DNA of 47,910 nt from an uncultured Thermococci archaeon. Its GTDB lineage: Archaea > CAYQAE01 > CAYVLA01. The stretch is from contig CAZJVP010000084.1 of NCBI GenBank assembly GCA_964549615.1, forward strand, positions 1 to 47,910. Direction: 5' to 3'. How positions within the stretch are numbered: position 1 is the stretch's first letter; each line of letters starts with the position of its first letter. A model generated the notes under the pieces. The model searched no databases, had not been told where the DNA came from, and was given only the letters and a program-made list of their open reading frames with translations. Of the stretch, positions 36,365 to 45,605 are shown in pieces. The position numbers and the translations under genes are program-made.

Positions 36365-37125
36365 CAACCAAACCTCCCGGTTATATAGTTCTCGGTGCTC
36401 TCCTCCCGCGGATTCTCGAAGATCTGCTTGGTCTCACCGAACTCAATCAGCCTCCCAAGATAGAAGTATCCGGTGAAGTCGGACACCCTGGCCGCCTGCT
36501 GCATGTTGTGCGTGACGATGACGACCGTGCATTCTCTTTTCAACCTATCCATCAAGTCCTCGATCTTGGTGGTTGCTATGGGGTCCAAGGCACTGCAGGG
36601 CTCGTCCATCAGGACGACCTCCGGGTTCACGGCCAGGCACCTCGCGATGCAGAGCCTCTGCTGTTGGCCTCCCGACAGGCTCATTGCACTCTCCTGCAAT
36701 CGGTCCTTCACTTCCTCCCAGAGCGCTGCTCGTTTGAGGCTGGCCTCAACAACGGCGTCCAGCTCCTCCCCGCGGTACATGCCATGGACCTGGGGACCGT
36801 ATGCGACGTTGTCGTAGATGGACTTCGGGAAGGGGTTCGGCTTCTGGAAAACCATTCCAACCCGCTTTCTGAGCTTCACAACATCGACGTTTCTGCCATA
36901 TATGTTCTCCCCATCGAGGTAGACGGCCCCTTCAATCTTGGCCTCTACGATAAGATCATTCATCCGATTGAGGCAGCGAATGAAGGTTGACTTGCCACAG
37001 CCCGACGGACCTATCAAGGCGGTCACCCGGTTCAATGGGATACGCATGCTCACATTCGCCAATGCCCGATTCGTGCCGTAGTAGACGTTGAGACTCTCAA
37101 CTTCGATCTTTGCCTTTGTTTCCAT
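36364..37125 (-). CDS. pstB: Phosphate ABC transporter ATPase
   Basis: [45 protein letters not shown]. Confidence 0.96.
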   Translation of the reverse strand: METKAKIEVESLNVYYGTNRALANVSMRIPLNRVTALIGPSGCGKSTFIRCLNRMNDLIVEAKIEGAVYLDGENIYGRNVDVVKLRKRVGMVFQKPNPFPKSIYDNVAYGPQVHGMYRGEELDAVVEASLKRAALWEEVKDRLQESAMSLSGGQQQRLCIARCLAVNPEVVLMDEPCSALDPIATTKIEDLMDRLKRECTVVIVTHNMQQAARVSDFTGYFYLGRLIEFGETKQIFENPREESTENYITGRFG

Positions 37126-37126
37126 C

Positions 37127-39040
37127 CTAGACTCTCTCCCTGTAGCACCTATTCCTGAGCATGATCGCGCCCATATCAACCAGCAACACAATAGCGAGCA
37201 GTACAACGGCGGTGCCATATGCATTCGTCTCCGAGTTTGGGACGCCTACTGCTAGGCTGAAGAGGTGATAGGGCAGAGCCATGACGGGGTCGAGGAGCCC
37301 ATCGGGGAGGAATCTGGTGATGAACACCGCCGCCGTGAACATGATTGGGGCGGTTTCTCCTGCTGCTCGGCCAACGGCCAGTAGGGCGCCGGTGATTATG
37401 CCCGGAAGCGATGGCGGCAACACCACGCCGCGGATCGTCTGCCACTTTGTGGCGCCGAGGGCAAGGCTTGCTTCACGGAGGGGCATGGGTACAAACTTGA
37501 GACTTTCCTCGGTCGTGCGAACAATCGTTGGCAGGATCATCAAACCGAGGGTCAGTTGGCCAGCGAGCAAGGAGCGTCCGAACTCGAGATAGAGGACGAA
37601 GAAAGCCATGCCAAAGAGTCCGAAGACGACCGAGGGCGTCCCATTCAGTGCATCCACTCCCATTCGTACGAACCTAGTGAGTTGCCCCTCCTTGGCATAC
37701 TCGCTGAGGTAGATAGCCGCGAAAACCCCGACCGGCAGAGCCAAAGCGATCGCGCCGCCAACCAGGTATAGGGTTCCGACTATCGCGGGGAATATCCCGC
37801 CCGCTCGGCCAGAGTCCCGGGGAATCTTCGTGAGGAATTCCCAGCTCAGGGCCGGAGCACCCCTGATGATGATGAAAGCCAGAAGTATCCCCAGGATCAA
37901 CATCGTCACGATTCCGCTGACACAAAGAATCGCAAAGGCGACGCTCTGGGAACGCTCGGGCCCGAGACGACGTGATGCCCAACCATAGGCCAGATACAGC
38001 CCCAGCCCTGCCAGCGATCCCACGAGACCAAGCGAGAAGTACAGGAACGTGAGGAGGAAGAACCCAATGCTGAGGAACAGCACCCTCCTTATGGACCTCC
38101 GCACTTCAGAGGGAAGCGATATCTTCAAGCGGCCCGCTTTTTTCGCCTCGCCAAAATGCTTCCTCCTTATGTATCCGAGGATCCAGGTGGCGATGAAGTC
38201 AACGATTATGACCATCACAAACAGGATAACCGCGAGGGCAAAGAGCGAATGATAGTGCACGCTGCCAAGTGGTACCTCGCCCATCTCGGTTCCCAGCGTC
38301 CCCGTGATCGTCCGTATCGGCGAGAAAACGTTCCAGATGGGCTTGGGTATGATCGCGGCGTTGCCGGTTGCCATCATGACGGCCATGGTTTCCCCCATGG
38401 CCCTGCCTAGACCGAGCACTATTGCCGCGGTTATGCCGGAAAGGGCTGAGGGGAGAATGACCTTACGCACGGTCTGCCATCTGTTTGCCCCCACAGCCAG
38501 GGAAGCTTCCTCGTATTCCCTGGGCACCGCTGTGAGAGCCTCCTCGGACACGCTTACGACCGTAGGCAGGGCCATTATGCCTAGAAGGATCGATCCGTTT
38601 AGCCAGGTCTCGCCGGTGGGGATGTCAAATAGCGCCTTGATCCAAGGGGCCATGATGCTCAGGCCAAAGAAGCCGTAGACCACGGAGGGTATTGCCGCCA
38701 GTAGCTCAACAGCTGGCTTCAGGATCCTCCGGGCACGTGGAACAGCGACCTGCGACAGGAACAGGGCGCACGCTACCCCCAACGGCCCGCAGACGGCGAC
38801 GGCACCCATAGTGACCAGAAGTGTTCCTATGACCAGTGGCAGTCCGCCGAATCTCGGCGGATATCCAGTTGGAACCCACTCGGGCCCAAGAACCAACGTT
38901 CGGACGCCGACATTCCTGAAGGCCGGCGCGCCCTCCGCGAACAGGAAGGCGATAATGAAGACCACAGTGATTGTAGCGAAGATGGCCGCCAGGAAGAGCA
39001 GAATGTGTATGGTCTTCTCTTTGAAATCCCACCATCGCAT
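37127..39040 (-). CDS. pstCA: Fused PstC-PstA phosphate ABC permease
   Basis: Two complete permease modules in one frame (AIPSVVYG...EEASLAVGA...RAMGETMAV; GTPSVVFG...EASLALGA...RAAGETAP). Confidence 0.9.
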   Translation of the reverse strand: MRWWDFKEKTIHILLFLAAIFATITVVFIIAFLFAEGAPAFRNVGVRTLVLGPEWVPTGYPPRFGGLPLVIGTLLVTMGAVAVCGPLGVACALFLSQVAVPRARRILKPAVELLAAIPSVVYGFFGLSIMAPWIKALFDIPTGETWLNGSILLGIMALPTVVSVSEEALTAVPREYEEASLAVGANRWQTVRKVILPSALSGITAAIVLGLGRAMGETMAVMMATGNAAIIPKPIWNVFSPIRTITGTLGTEMGEVPLGSVHYHSLFALAVILFVMVIIVDFIATWILGYIRRKHFGEAKKAGRLKISLPSEVRRSIRRVLFLSIGFFLLTFLYFSLGLVGSLAGLGLYLAYGWASRRLGPERSQSVAFAILCVSGIVTMLILGILLAFIIIRGAPALSWEFLTKIPRDSGRAGGIFPAIVGTLYLVGGAIALALPVGVFAAIYLSEYAKEGQLTRFVRMGVDALNGTPSVVFGLFGMAFFVLYLEFGRSLLAGQLTLGLMILPTIVRTTEESLKFVPMPLREASLALGATKWQTIRGVVLPPSLPGIITGALLAVGRAAGETAPIMFTAAVFITRFLPDGLLDPVMALPYHLFSLAVGVPNSETNAYGTAVVLLAIVLLVDMGAIMLRNRCYRERV

Positions 39041-39091
39041 CTCTGATGCAACTCCGACCTTCCAACAAATTGAGAAGGCAAAGAACAGTCC

Positions 39092-39099
39092 AAAAAAAA
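39092..39099 (-). terminator. Oligo-T terminator after pstS
   Basis: T8 on the minus strand about 25 nt after the pstS stop. Confidence 0.55.
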
Positions 39100-39124
39100 G
39101 GGAAGATGATCCGGTTTTCTTAGA

Positions 39125-39940
39125 CTATGTCAACGGGACGAATCCCTCTTCCTGAACGATTTTCTGGCCCTCCGGAGACTTGATGAAGTCGAGGAAGGAC
39201 TTCGCAAGACCCGTGGGCTGTCCCTGGGTGTACATGTAGAGGGCTCTGGAGATCGGATAGCTCCCGTTGAGCACGGCCGTAACGGTCGGACCGACTCCGT
39301 CCACCTTCACTGCCTTGACCGTTTGATCGATATAGCCCAAGCCGACATACCCGATGGCGCCAGGGGTGTTCTTGACCGACTCTTTGACGCCCGCGTTCGA
39401 CGACTTCTCAAGCTGGGTAGCCACGAAGTCCTCCTTGTTCATGACCTTCTCATGAAAGAACTCACGTGTGCCGGAAGCGCTGTCCCTGCCAACAACAACA
39501 ATGGCCATGTCAGGCCCACCAAGCGCTTTCCAGTTGGTGATCTCACCTTTGTAGATCGACTTGATCTGAGCCGTGGTGAGATCGGAGATCGGGTTGCCGG
39601 GGTGGACGATTAGGGCAATGGCATCTTTGGCAATGACGTGCTCGACGAGGCTGGGATACAACTGCTTCTCTGAGTCCTTGATCTGCCTAGAGGCCATGCC
39701 GATGTCTGCCGTGCCCTCGCCGACCGACTTTATGCCGACGCTGGAGCCTCCTCCGCTGACCTGGATGTCAGCGCCCTCGTGCTCATCCATGTACTTCTCC
39801 GCAGCCTTGACCGCGATGGGCTCGACGGTCGTGGAGCCCACGATCGAAATGGAGCCCATCTCCTTTTGGCTAATACATCCGTAAAGCAACGAAGATACCA
39901 GAATTCCGGCGATTGCCGGAATCATCAACCTGTTCTTCAC
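39125..39940 (-). CDS. pstS: Phosphate-binding lipoprotein
   Basis: LYGC lipobox-like motif, GSTTV, GGGSSVG, RDSASGT, YPISR. Confidence 0.94.
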   Translation of the reverse strand: MKNRLMIPAIAGILVSSLLYGCISQKEMGSISIVGSTTVEPIAVKAAEKYMDEHEGADIQVSGGGSSVGIKSVGEGTADIGMASRQIKDSEKQLYPSLVEHVIAKDAIALIVHPGNPISDLTTAQIKSIYKGEITNWKALGGPDMAIVVVGRDSASGTREFFHEKVMNKEDFVATQLEKSSNAGVKESVKNTPGAIGYVGLGYIDQTVKAVKVDGVGPTVTAVLNGSYPISRALYMYTQGQPTGLAKSFLDFIKSPEGQKIVQEEGFVPLT

Positions 39941-40027
39941 GAGCGAACTCCTCCTAGACTAGACACTTCGCGATTATGCGAAGTTGGAGGGCGCTCCGCC
40001 AATAGGCTGAATAATATTCTCTAAATA

Positions 40028-40055
40028 CTATATATAGAAAGACTTTTATATATAG
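40028..40055. promoter_or_regulatory. Divergent promoter/operator with two TATATATAG boxes
   Basis: Palindrome CTATATATAG at 40028-40037 and TTATATATAG at 40046-40055, between pstS and the regulator. Confidence 0.6.
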
Positions 40056-40071
40056 CTAAGCCGGAATCTAT

Positions 40072-41061
40072 ATGGAAGAGGTCAGATCCGTCCAGATGAC
40101 CGGCGGCTCGACTTTCATAGTAAGCCTCCCAAAGGACTGGGCAGACAGGTCGGGCCTGAGCAAGGGGTCCCGAGTGGTCATCACCGAGAAGGATGATGGC
40201 ACGATATGCATCCAACCGATGGAGCCCAAGCCGCAGAACCAGAGGATCAAGACCATTCCTTTGGAAGGCGACCCCAGTCTCCTTGCTAGGAAGATCATAG
40301 CCTCCTACATCATGGGCTTCGACACAATAGTCCTCAGGTCAGATCGCATCGACTCTCAGCACCGGACTAGGGCGTTCGAGCTGGCCGAGGACCTGATGGG
40401 TCTAGAAGTGGTTAGGGAGGATTCAAACTCCATCGAGATCAAGCAAATGCTCGACCCCACGCAGCTGACGATCGCATCCGCCCTTTCCCGCCTAGCCCAT
40501 CTCGCCGAATCCATGATGCAGGACCTAGCCAAAGCCATATCTGAGGGGGACGCAGTAATCCTCAGCGACCTGATCGCTCGGGAATCCCACGCCGACCGGA
40601 TACACTGGTTCATCGTCCGGCAGATCAACTATGCCATCGTGGATCACCGGTTCGCCAGGTCCGTGGAGCTTGACATAAGGCTTGCCACATGCTACCTCAG
40701 CGCTGCGCGCAACATCGAACGCATATGTGACCACATTGAGAACGTCGCCCGCTACATGATGCAGCTCGGCCCCGGTTCGCTCCCGACCAGCCTGGTCGAC
40801 CTAACCAAGTCCTGTTCGGACATTTTCTCTAGGGCCGTACGATCCTTCGTCCGAAAGGACATCAAAACCGCCGAGATGATACTCACTGAGGTTGACCAGC
40901 ACAAGGAGCAGTATGCGATTTCGGCTTTCTCGGACATCTCAAAGTCTTCAACCAAAAGCGGCTACGCGGTGCCCATGCTGATGGCCGAAAGCTTACACAG
41001 GATAATCTCCTACTCGCAGGACATAGCCGAGATGACCGTGGACGCCGTTCTATCCGCATAG
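40072..41061 (+). CDS. Archaeal phosphate regulator, AbrB/SpoVT DNA-binding domain plus PhoU domains
   Basis: RSVQMTGGSTFIVSLPKDW; NIERICDH; ESLHRIISYSQDIAE. Confidence 0.9.
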   Translation: MEEVRSVQMTGGSTFIVSLPKDWADRSGLSKGSRVVITEKDDGTICIQPMEPKPQNQRIKTIPLEGDPSLLARKIIASYIMGFDTIVLRSDRIDSQHRTRAFELAEDLMGLEVVREDSNSIEIKQMLDPTQLTIASALSRLAHLAESMMQDLAKAISEGDAVILSDLIARESHADRIHWFIVRQINYAIVDHRFARSVELDIRLATCYLSAARNIERICDHIENVARYMMQLGPGSLPTSLVDLTKSCSDIFSRAVRSFVRKDIKTAEMILTEVDQHKEQYAISAFSDISKSSTKSGYAVPMLMAESLHRIISYSQDIAEMTVDAVLSA

Positions 41062-41283
41062 CCGACGGCTCTCTGCGAGGAGTTCTCCATCCGGGTCTGC
41101 TCGCTCTTCGAGACTCGCAACGGTCGACTATCCGGGCGAACTGTCTGGCCGACTTGGCTGGACACGCCGACGCCGCCAAACCGACCAAGGATCAAGTCCT
41201 GCTGATTGGCATGGTCTCAGGCAAACATATAAAACAGTGCCTCGCACCGACATCACGCCTCCCTTAGGAGCGGAGGGCAAATC

Positions 41284-41919
41284 ATGAAGCTGAATCTCCT
41301 GTTGATAGGATTATTTACGTCGGCTGTTGTGGGCGTTGCAGCGGTAAGTGCGGCCGAGATTGTTGGAGCTAGGATGGCAGTCTTCATCGAGGGAGACGAT
41401 ATAGGCTCTAACCAGATCCTGTTCGACTACGCGAAGGCGATGAACCTCGCGGCTATAGAGGCCCTGGGCAAGGCCTACCCGGGCTCGGCCGTGCCTTTCG
41501 CGGAGCTTATTAAGAAGCTGCCGGAGCCACTGTCGGGGTGGACGGGGGACGAGCCGGAGGGCGGTCAGATAACGGTGCCAGGACTCTCGTATAGCTTCGC
41601 TCAGCGCGACTACCACAAGTCGGGGGCTGAGGACGACGTGAGCGTCATAATCTACGACACCATGGAGCAGCAAGCGGGGCCGTGGTATGGGGTCTGGGCC
41701 GGCTGGGGCTTCTCCTGGGAGACCACCGAGGGATACGCAAGGTCGACGACCGTCTCCGGGTACCCTGCGTGGGAGACGAGGGATTACAAGGACAACTCCG
41801 GAGTACTTGCCATAGGATTGGTGCTTGCGCCGGTGCCGGAGGCAGGCATGATGGCGCTTGCAACGCTGATTTCGGCAGGCTTGGTGGCCAGCTGGGGATT
41901 TCCCAAGAGCAAGAGCTAG
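41284..41919 (+). CDS. Secreted surface protein with a C-terminal VPE-TM-basic sorting tail
   Basis: Signal peptide MKLNLLLIGLF...VSA; C-terminus PVPEAGMMALATLISAGLVASWGFPKSKS; TATAAAA promoter upstream. Confidence 0.75.
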   Translation: MKLNLLLIGLFTSAVVGVAAVSAAEIVGARMAVFIEGDDIGSNQILFDYAKAMNLAAIEALGKAYPGSAVPFAELIKKLPEPLSGWTGDEPEGGQITVPGLSYSFAQRDYHKSGAEDDVSVIIYDTMEQQAGPWYGVWAGWGFSWETTEGYARSTTVSGYPAWETRDYKDNSGVLAIGLVLAPVPEAGMMALATLISAGLVASWGFPKSKS

Positions 41920-42845
41920 GGCCGTGTGGTAACCTCGATCCCGTTCTCGGTCACGACGAAGGTCTCCTCGCTCTGGGCGACCAGGGTGCCCTGGCGCTCG
42001 GAAAGGACGCCGTACTTCCGAAGCGCCCTGTTCTGAAGCATCTCCAGGAGCGCAATCTTTGAGCCTGGGAACTTGTGCTTATACCATCTCTCGGTGAACG
42101 GCAGGGTCTTGTAGTTGTCCAGAATATAGGCGTAAAGGCGCTTGGCAGCCCTTAGCCTGGGGAAGGGATTGTCCCTGTTCACGGCGTAGATGTAGCAAAG
42201 CGCGGACTCGGTCACGTTTCCTGTCCCGTTGCTCACGAAGATGTCCATCCCGTAGGCCTCCCCGACCTCCAGAGGTTCCCCGTGAGGCATGTTGAAGTTG
42301 GGTATCGTCTTCCCTCCGTGTTGAACGTACTCCTCCAAGGTATGGCCCGACAGCTGCCTGATTGGGACATACCCGTATCCCCTGATCACTTCCTCAATCA
42401 CCCGGCCTATCTCGTTCGCCATCACGCCGGGGCCGGCTGTCTTGAGTGCCTCCTCTTGGGCCTTCTGGGCGCACGATATCAGATCCGACGTGCCTCCTCC
42501 GACTATGACGCAAGCCGCCGCATCGCCTATGAACCCGTCCAGGTGGGCACCCACGTCGATCTTCACGAGCTGCCCCTTCTTGAATGTCGAGGCATCGTTG
42601 TCAGGGCTCGTGTAATGGGCGGCAACGTGGTCGATCGAGATGTTGAGCGGGAAGGCGGGCTCGCATCCTAGGTCCCTTATCCTGTTCTCGACCTGCGTGC
42701 ACACGTCGATCAGCTTGACCCCTTCCTGAACCAGCGAGATGGCAAACTCCCGCGCCTCGGCCGCCACCTTGCCAGCGGCTCGATACTTCGAAAGAGGATC
42801 GGTGTCCTGCTTGTCGAGTGTCTCGCCGTCCTTCTCCTCTGCCAT
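41916..42845 (-). CDS. map: Methionine aminopeptidase type II
   Basis: AFPLNIS, AAHY, KIDVGAHLDGFIGD, LSGH, AQSEET, winged-helix insertion. Confidence 0.93.
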   Translation of the reverse strand: MAEEKDGETLDKQDTDPLSKYRAAGKVAAEAREFAISLVQEGVKLIDVCTQVENRIRDLGCEPAFPLNISIDHVAAHYTSPDNDASTFKKGQLVKIDVGAHLDGFIGDAAACVIVGGGTSDLISCAQKAQEEALKTAGPGVMANEIGRVIEEVIRGYGYVPIRQLSGHTLEEYVQHGGKTIPNFNMPHGEPLEVGEAYGMDIFVSNGTGNVTESALCYIYAVNRDNPFPRLRAAKRLYAYILDNYKTLPFTERWYKHKFPGSKIALLEMLQNRALRKYGVLSERQGTLVAQSEETFVVTENGIEVTTRP

Positions 42846-42898
42846 GGGGACCCGGGGGAGGGCGAACCTTTATTTATGGCATCCTGAGCCCTGGATTG

Positions 42899-43020
42899 CC
42901 TCGACCGAGGATGACGGGGCTGAGCCCCGTAAGTGAATATGCGGACCATTGCGCTGGACGCAAGTATCCTGGTATGCGGCCCTTCTCGCCGATCAACGTA
43001 CGCATATTGCCGCGTCTCGA
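42899..43020 (+). ncRNA. Possible small structured RNA
   Basis: Nested inverted repeats between two separate TATA-like elements; no credible ORF. Confidence 0.3.
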
Positions 43021-43076
43021 ACACGACCCGTTACCTTTAAGACCGCCGACCCTGGACCGGTGGCGGAAGGATTTTC

Positions 43077-45362
43077 GTGGCCGAGCTCTGGTTAGCATTG
43101 GAACCTGGCCTGAAGGATAACCGTGCCGTTGCGACGGCCCTTGAAGAGCTTGAGACCGCTTGCAACGCATCGTCGGTGAAGTTGGGCCTTGTCACGGCCT
43201 CGGACCGGAAGGCCAACATCCGGGTTATGGTCGGTCGGGTTGCTGCTAGGGACCGGGAGGCATTCGAACTCTGTCCGGTCGGGCTCCGGAAGTGGGAGCT
43301 CACGGGCGCCTCCGAGATCGGGTGTGCGAGGGGGTTGGCGTATCTGGCGGACAGGATGCGGATTGCGGGGAGGTTTCCTGCCTGCAAAGTAACCATGGAT
43401 CCAGCTTTCCCGCTCAGGGTGACCCACGTCAGCGTCGGCTCGCTTGACGCGCCGGATCATCCCTTCTTCGACGAATCTCGCTTTCCCGATGTGCTGCAGA
43501 GTGCGAAGAAGGACGTGGCGCGTGCCTTCCTTTACGGTGCCAACCATCTCTTGCTGCACTCGACGTATAGGGTGTCCGAGTGGACTGACCCGCCGCACAG
43601 CGAAAGGACGGCTATCTACCGCCGGCTCTACGCTGAGATCGCACGGGAGTGCCACAGGTACGACATGAAATGCCTTGTCATCGGCGATGAATTCCTCTAT
43701 CAGGACGGCATGGTCCCGGCGGGGACAACGCTATCGCCCGATAATCCCGTCCTCTGGGACATCCTGCAGAATCGCTACAGGTCCATCCTCAAGGCCCTGC
43801 CCGAGCTGGACGGGATAGGAGTCAGGATCGGCGAGATGCTGCCGATCGGCACCATAAGATCGTTCGATGTGATACACAACAAGAGCCCGCTCTCGCTGGA
43901 GGAGAAGTACCGTCGATTCGTGCGTGCGATGTACGATGTCGTCGCGGCCGAGTTCAAGAAGCTCTACTTCCACAGGACATGGGTGGTCAACGACTGGGAG
44001 CAGCACAGCGTCGAGTCCATCTTCCGGTCAATATTCTCGGAGATACCCACGGCGAACCTTGTGGTCTCGATAAAACTCACCAAGACCGATCAGTGGTGGT
44101 ACCAGGCCTTCAACCCGACCTTCGGCCAGACGAAGCATGCAACCTGCGTCGAACTCGAGATGGCCCACGGCCCGCACGGCCACCAGACGTACCCGGACTA
44201 CATGGGAGAATGGTTTCAGCCCGGTCTCAACTATGTGCTGGGTAGGGGGGCCATGGGAGTGGCATTCGGCTTTCCAACAAGCATGTGGATGGATGCCCAC
44301 CACTATGCGGCCAGAAGGCTGATGTGGGATCCAAGCTTGTCTGCATCCCAGCTGGCAAGGGACTGGGCTGCTCAGGTTTTTGGAAGGAGGGCCTCGAGGT
44401 ACGTGGGGGAAATGCTCCTCCTCTCCGACGATGCAATGGAAAAGGCGCTGTACATCCGCCCATATGCATCCACCCATGCATGGAACCCCCTCTCCCACCT
44501 GCTAACAGGCCTGTTTGTGGTAAAGGGCGATCCCGTGCTGGACGGCGGAAAGGAGCACGCAAGGTTCCTACGAGAACTCTACCTCATCTCAAAGCGCCAC
44601 TTCGATGATACCTTGGAAGAGCTCAGTAAGGGTCTCGCGATCTACGACAGGATGCTTAGGCTATTCGCCAAAGCTAGGCCCCTGATATCGAACAAGAGAG
44701 TGTTGAAGGAGGCGGAGACAAGCCTTTTCCAAGGGAGGGTTTTCCTGGGTCTGAACGTGGCCTATGTGACCGCCTTCATGCGCTTCTTCAAGTACGAGGA
44801 GGAGGCCACGGAGGCCGCAAGAACAGAAGCAAGGCGCCAGCTCGCCCGGCTCAGGAAGGCCCTTAAGGCGTACAAGGATAAAGTCGGCTGGTACAACACG
44901 ATTGGGATCGACACCTTCCTCGGCCTCGCTAGCGCGGGCCTGGTCGATCTGAAGCGGTACAAGGATATGCTGGCGCGGGCACCAGACGCATCGCAGATTC
45001 AGGGCATGCTGCTGGAGGCGAGGAAGTTCGATCAGGCCGCGGCTGAGAGGCCCGATGCGCGCAAGATACTCTACTTCGAGGCCAACATCGACGGGACAGA
45101 GCTGCTCATCGTCAAGGGAAATGCTCTCACCAACGTGCACATTTCCGACGAGGCGACGGCGGACATCCGATACCAGTTCGCTGAGGGCGTGCCCCGCCGA
45201 AAAGGCAGGCTCGTCATCAAACCCATCGATGTCAGAGGCTGGGCATACGTGGCGGAACAGCCTTCGGAGGCCAACGACTGGGCAGGGAAGATACTTGTCA
45301 AGGATCCACAGGATGGTCGCAGCGTCTACAGGTTTGAGGTTTACTGGGTTCCGGCGGATTGA
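43077..45362 (+). CDS. Cytoplasmic glycoside-hydrolase-like protein (GH67/GH115-like TIM barrel) with an extra C-terminal beta domain
   Basis: LTGASEIGCARGL N-domain strand; PELDGIGVRIGE; FHRTW; VELE; RLMWDP; no signal peptide. Confidence 0.65.
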   Translation: MAELWLALEPGLKDNRAVATALEELETACNASSVKLGLVTASDRKANIRVMVGRVAARDREAFELCPVGLRKWELTGASEIGCARGLAYLADRMRIAGRFPACKVTMDPAFPLRVTHVSVGSLDAPDHPFFDESRFPDVLQSAKKDVARAFLYGANHLLLHSTYRVSEWTDPPHSERTAIYRRLYAEIARECHRYDMKCLVIGDEFLYQDGMVPAGTTLSPDNPVLWDILQNRYRSILKALPELDGIGVRIGEMLPIGTIRSFDVIHNKSPLSLEEKYRRFVRAMYDVVAAEFKKLYFHRTWVVNDWEQHSVESIFRSIFSEIPTANLVVSIKLTKTDQWWYQAFNPTFGQTKHATCVELEMAHGPHGHQTYPDYMGEWFQPGLNYVLGRGAMGVAFGFPTSMWMDAHHYAARRLMWDPSLSASQLARDWAAQVFGRRASRYVGEMLLLSDDAMEKALYIRPYASTHAWNPLSHLLTGLFVVKGDPVLDGGKEHARFLRELYLISKRHFDDTLEELSKGLAIYDRMLRLFAKARPLISNKRVLKEAETSLFQGRVFLGLNVAYVTAFMRFFKYEEEATEAARTEARRQLARLRKALKAYKDKVGWYNTIGIDTFLGLASAGLVDLKRYKDMLARAPDASQIQGMLLEARKFDQAAAERPDARKILYFEANIDGTELLIVKGNALTNVHISDEATADIRYQFAEGVPRRKGRLVIKPIDVRGWAYVAEQPSEANDWAGKILVKDPQDGRSVYRFEVYWVPAD

Positions 45363-45605
45363 TGGGCAGCCGGTCGGGCGTGCACGTGGCCTCGGTTGGC
45401 CAACGGCGGTCCATTCCCTAACCGGGTGCAACACGGTCGGACGGTTGGTACGTTCTCATCCTAGATCGATATATCGCTTCCTCTTCATCCCGTGCTGCAA
45501 GTCCTAATTGCGGCTCAGGCTTAATACTCTAACCTTGGTTGCCTGGCTGGCTCCCGGCCCGCCATTCGCAAGATTTTTTGCCTCGGCGTCTATGCTGTGT
45601 GCACC

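Noticed and set aside
45430-45530. Possible minus-strand gene remnant (MKRKRYIDLG*) after a TATA-like motif
   Set aside because: Too short to support any homology.
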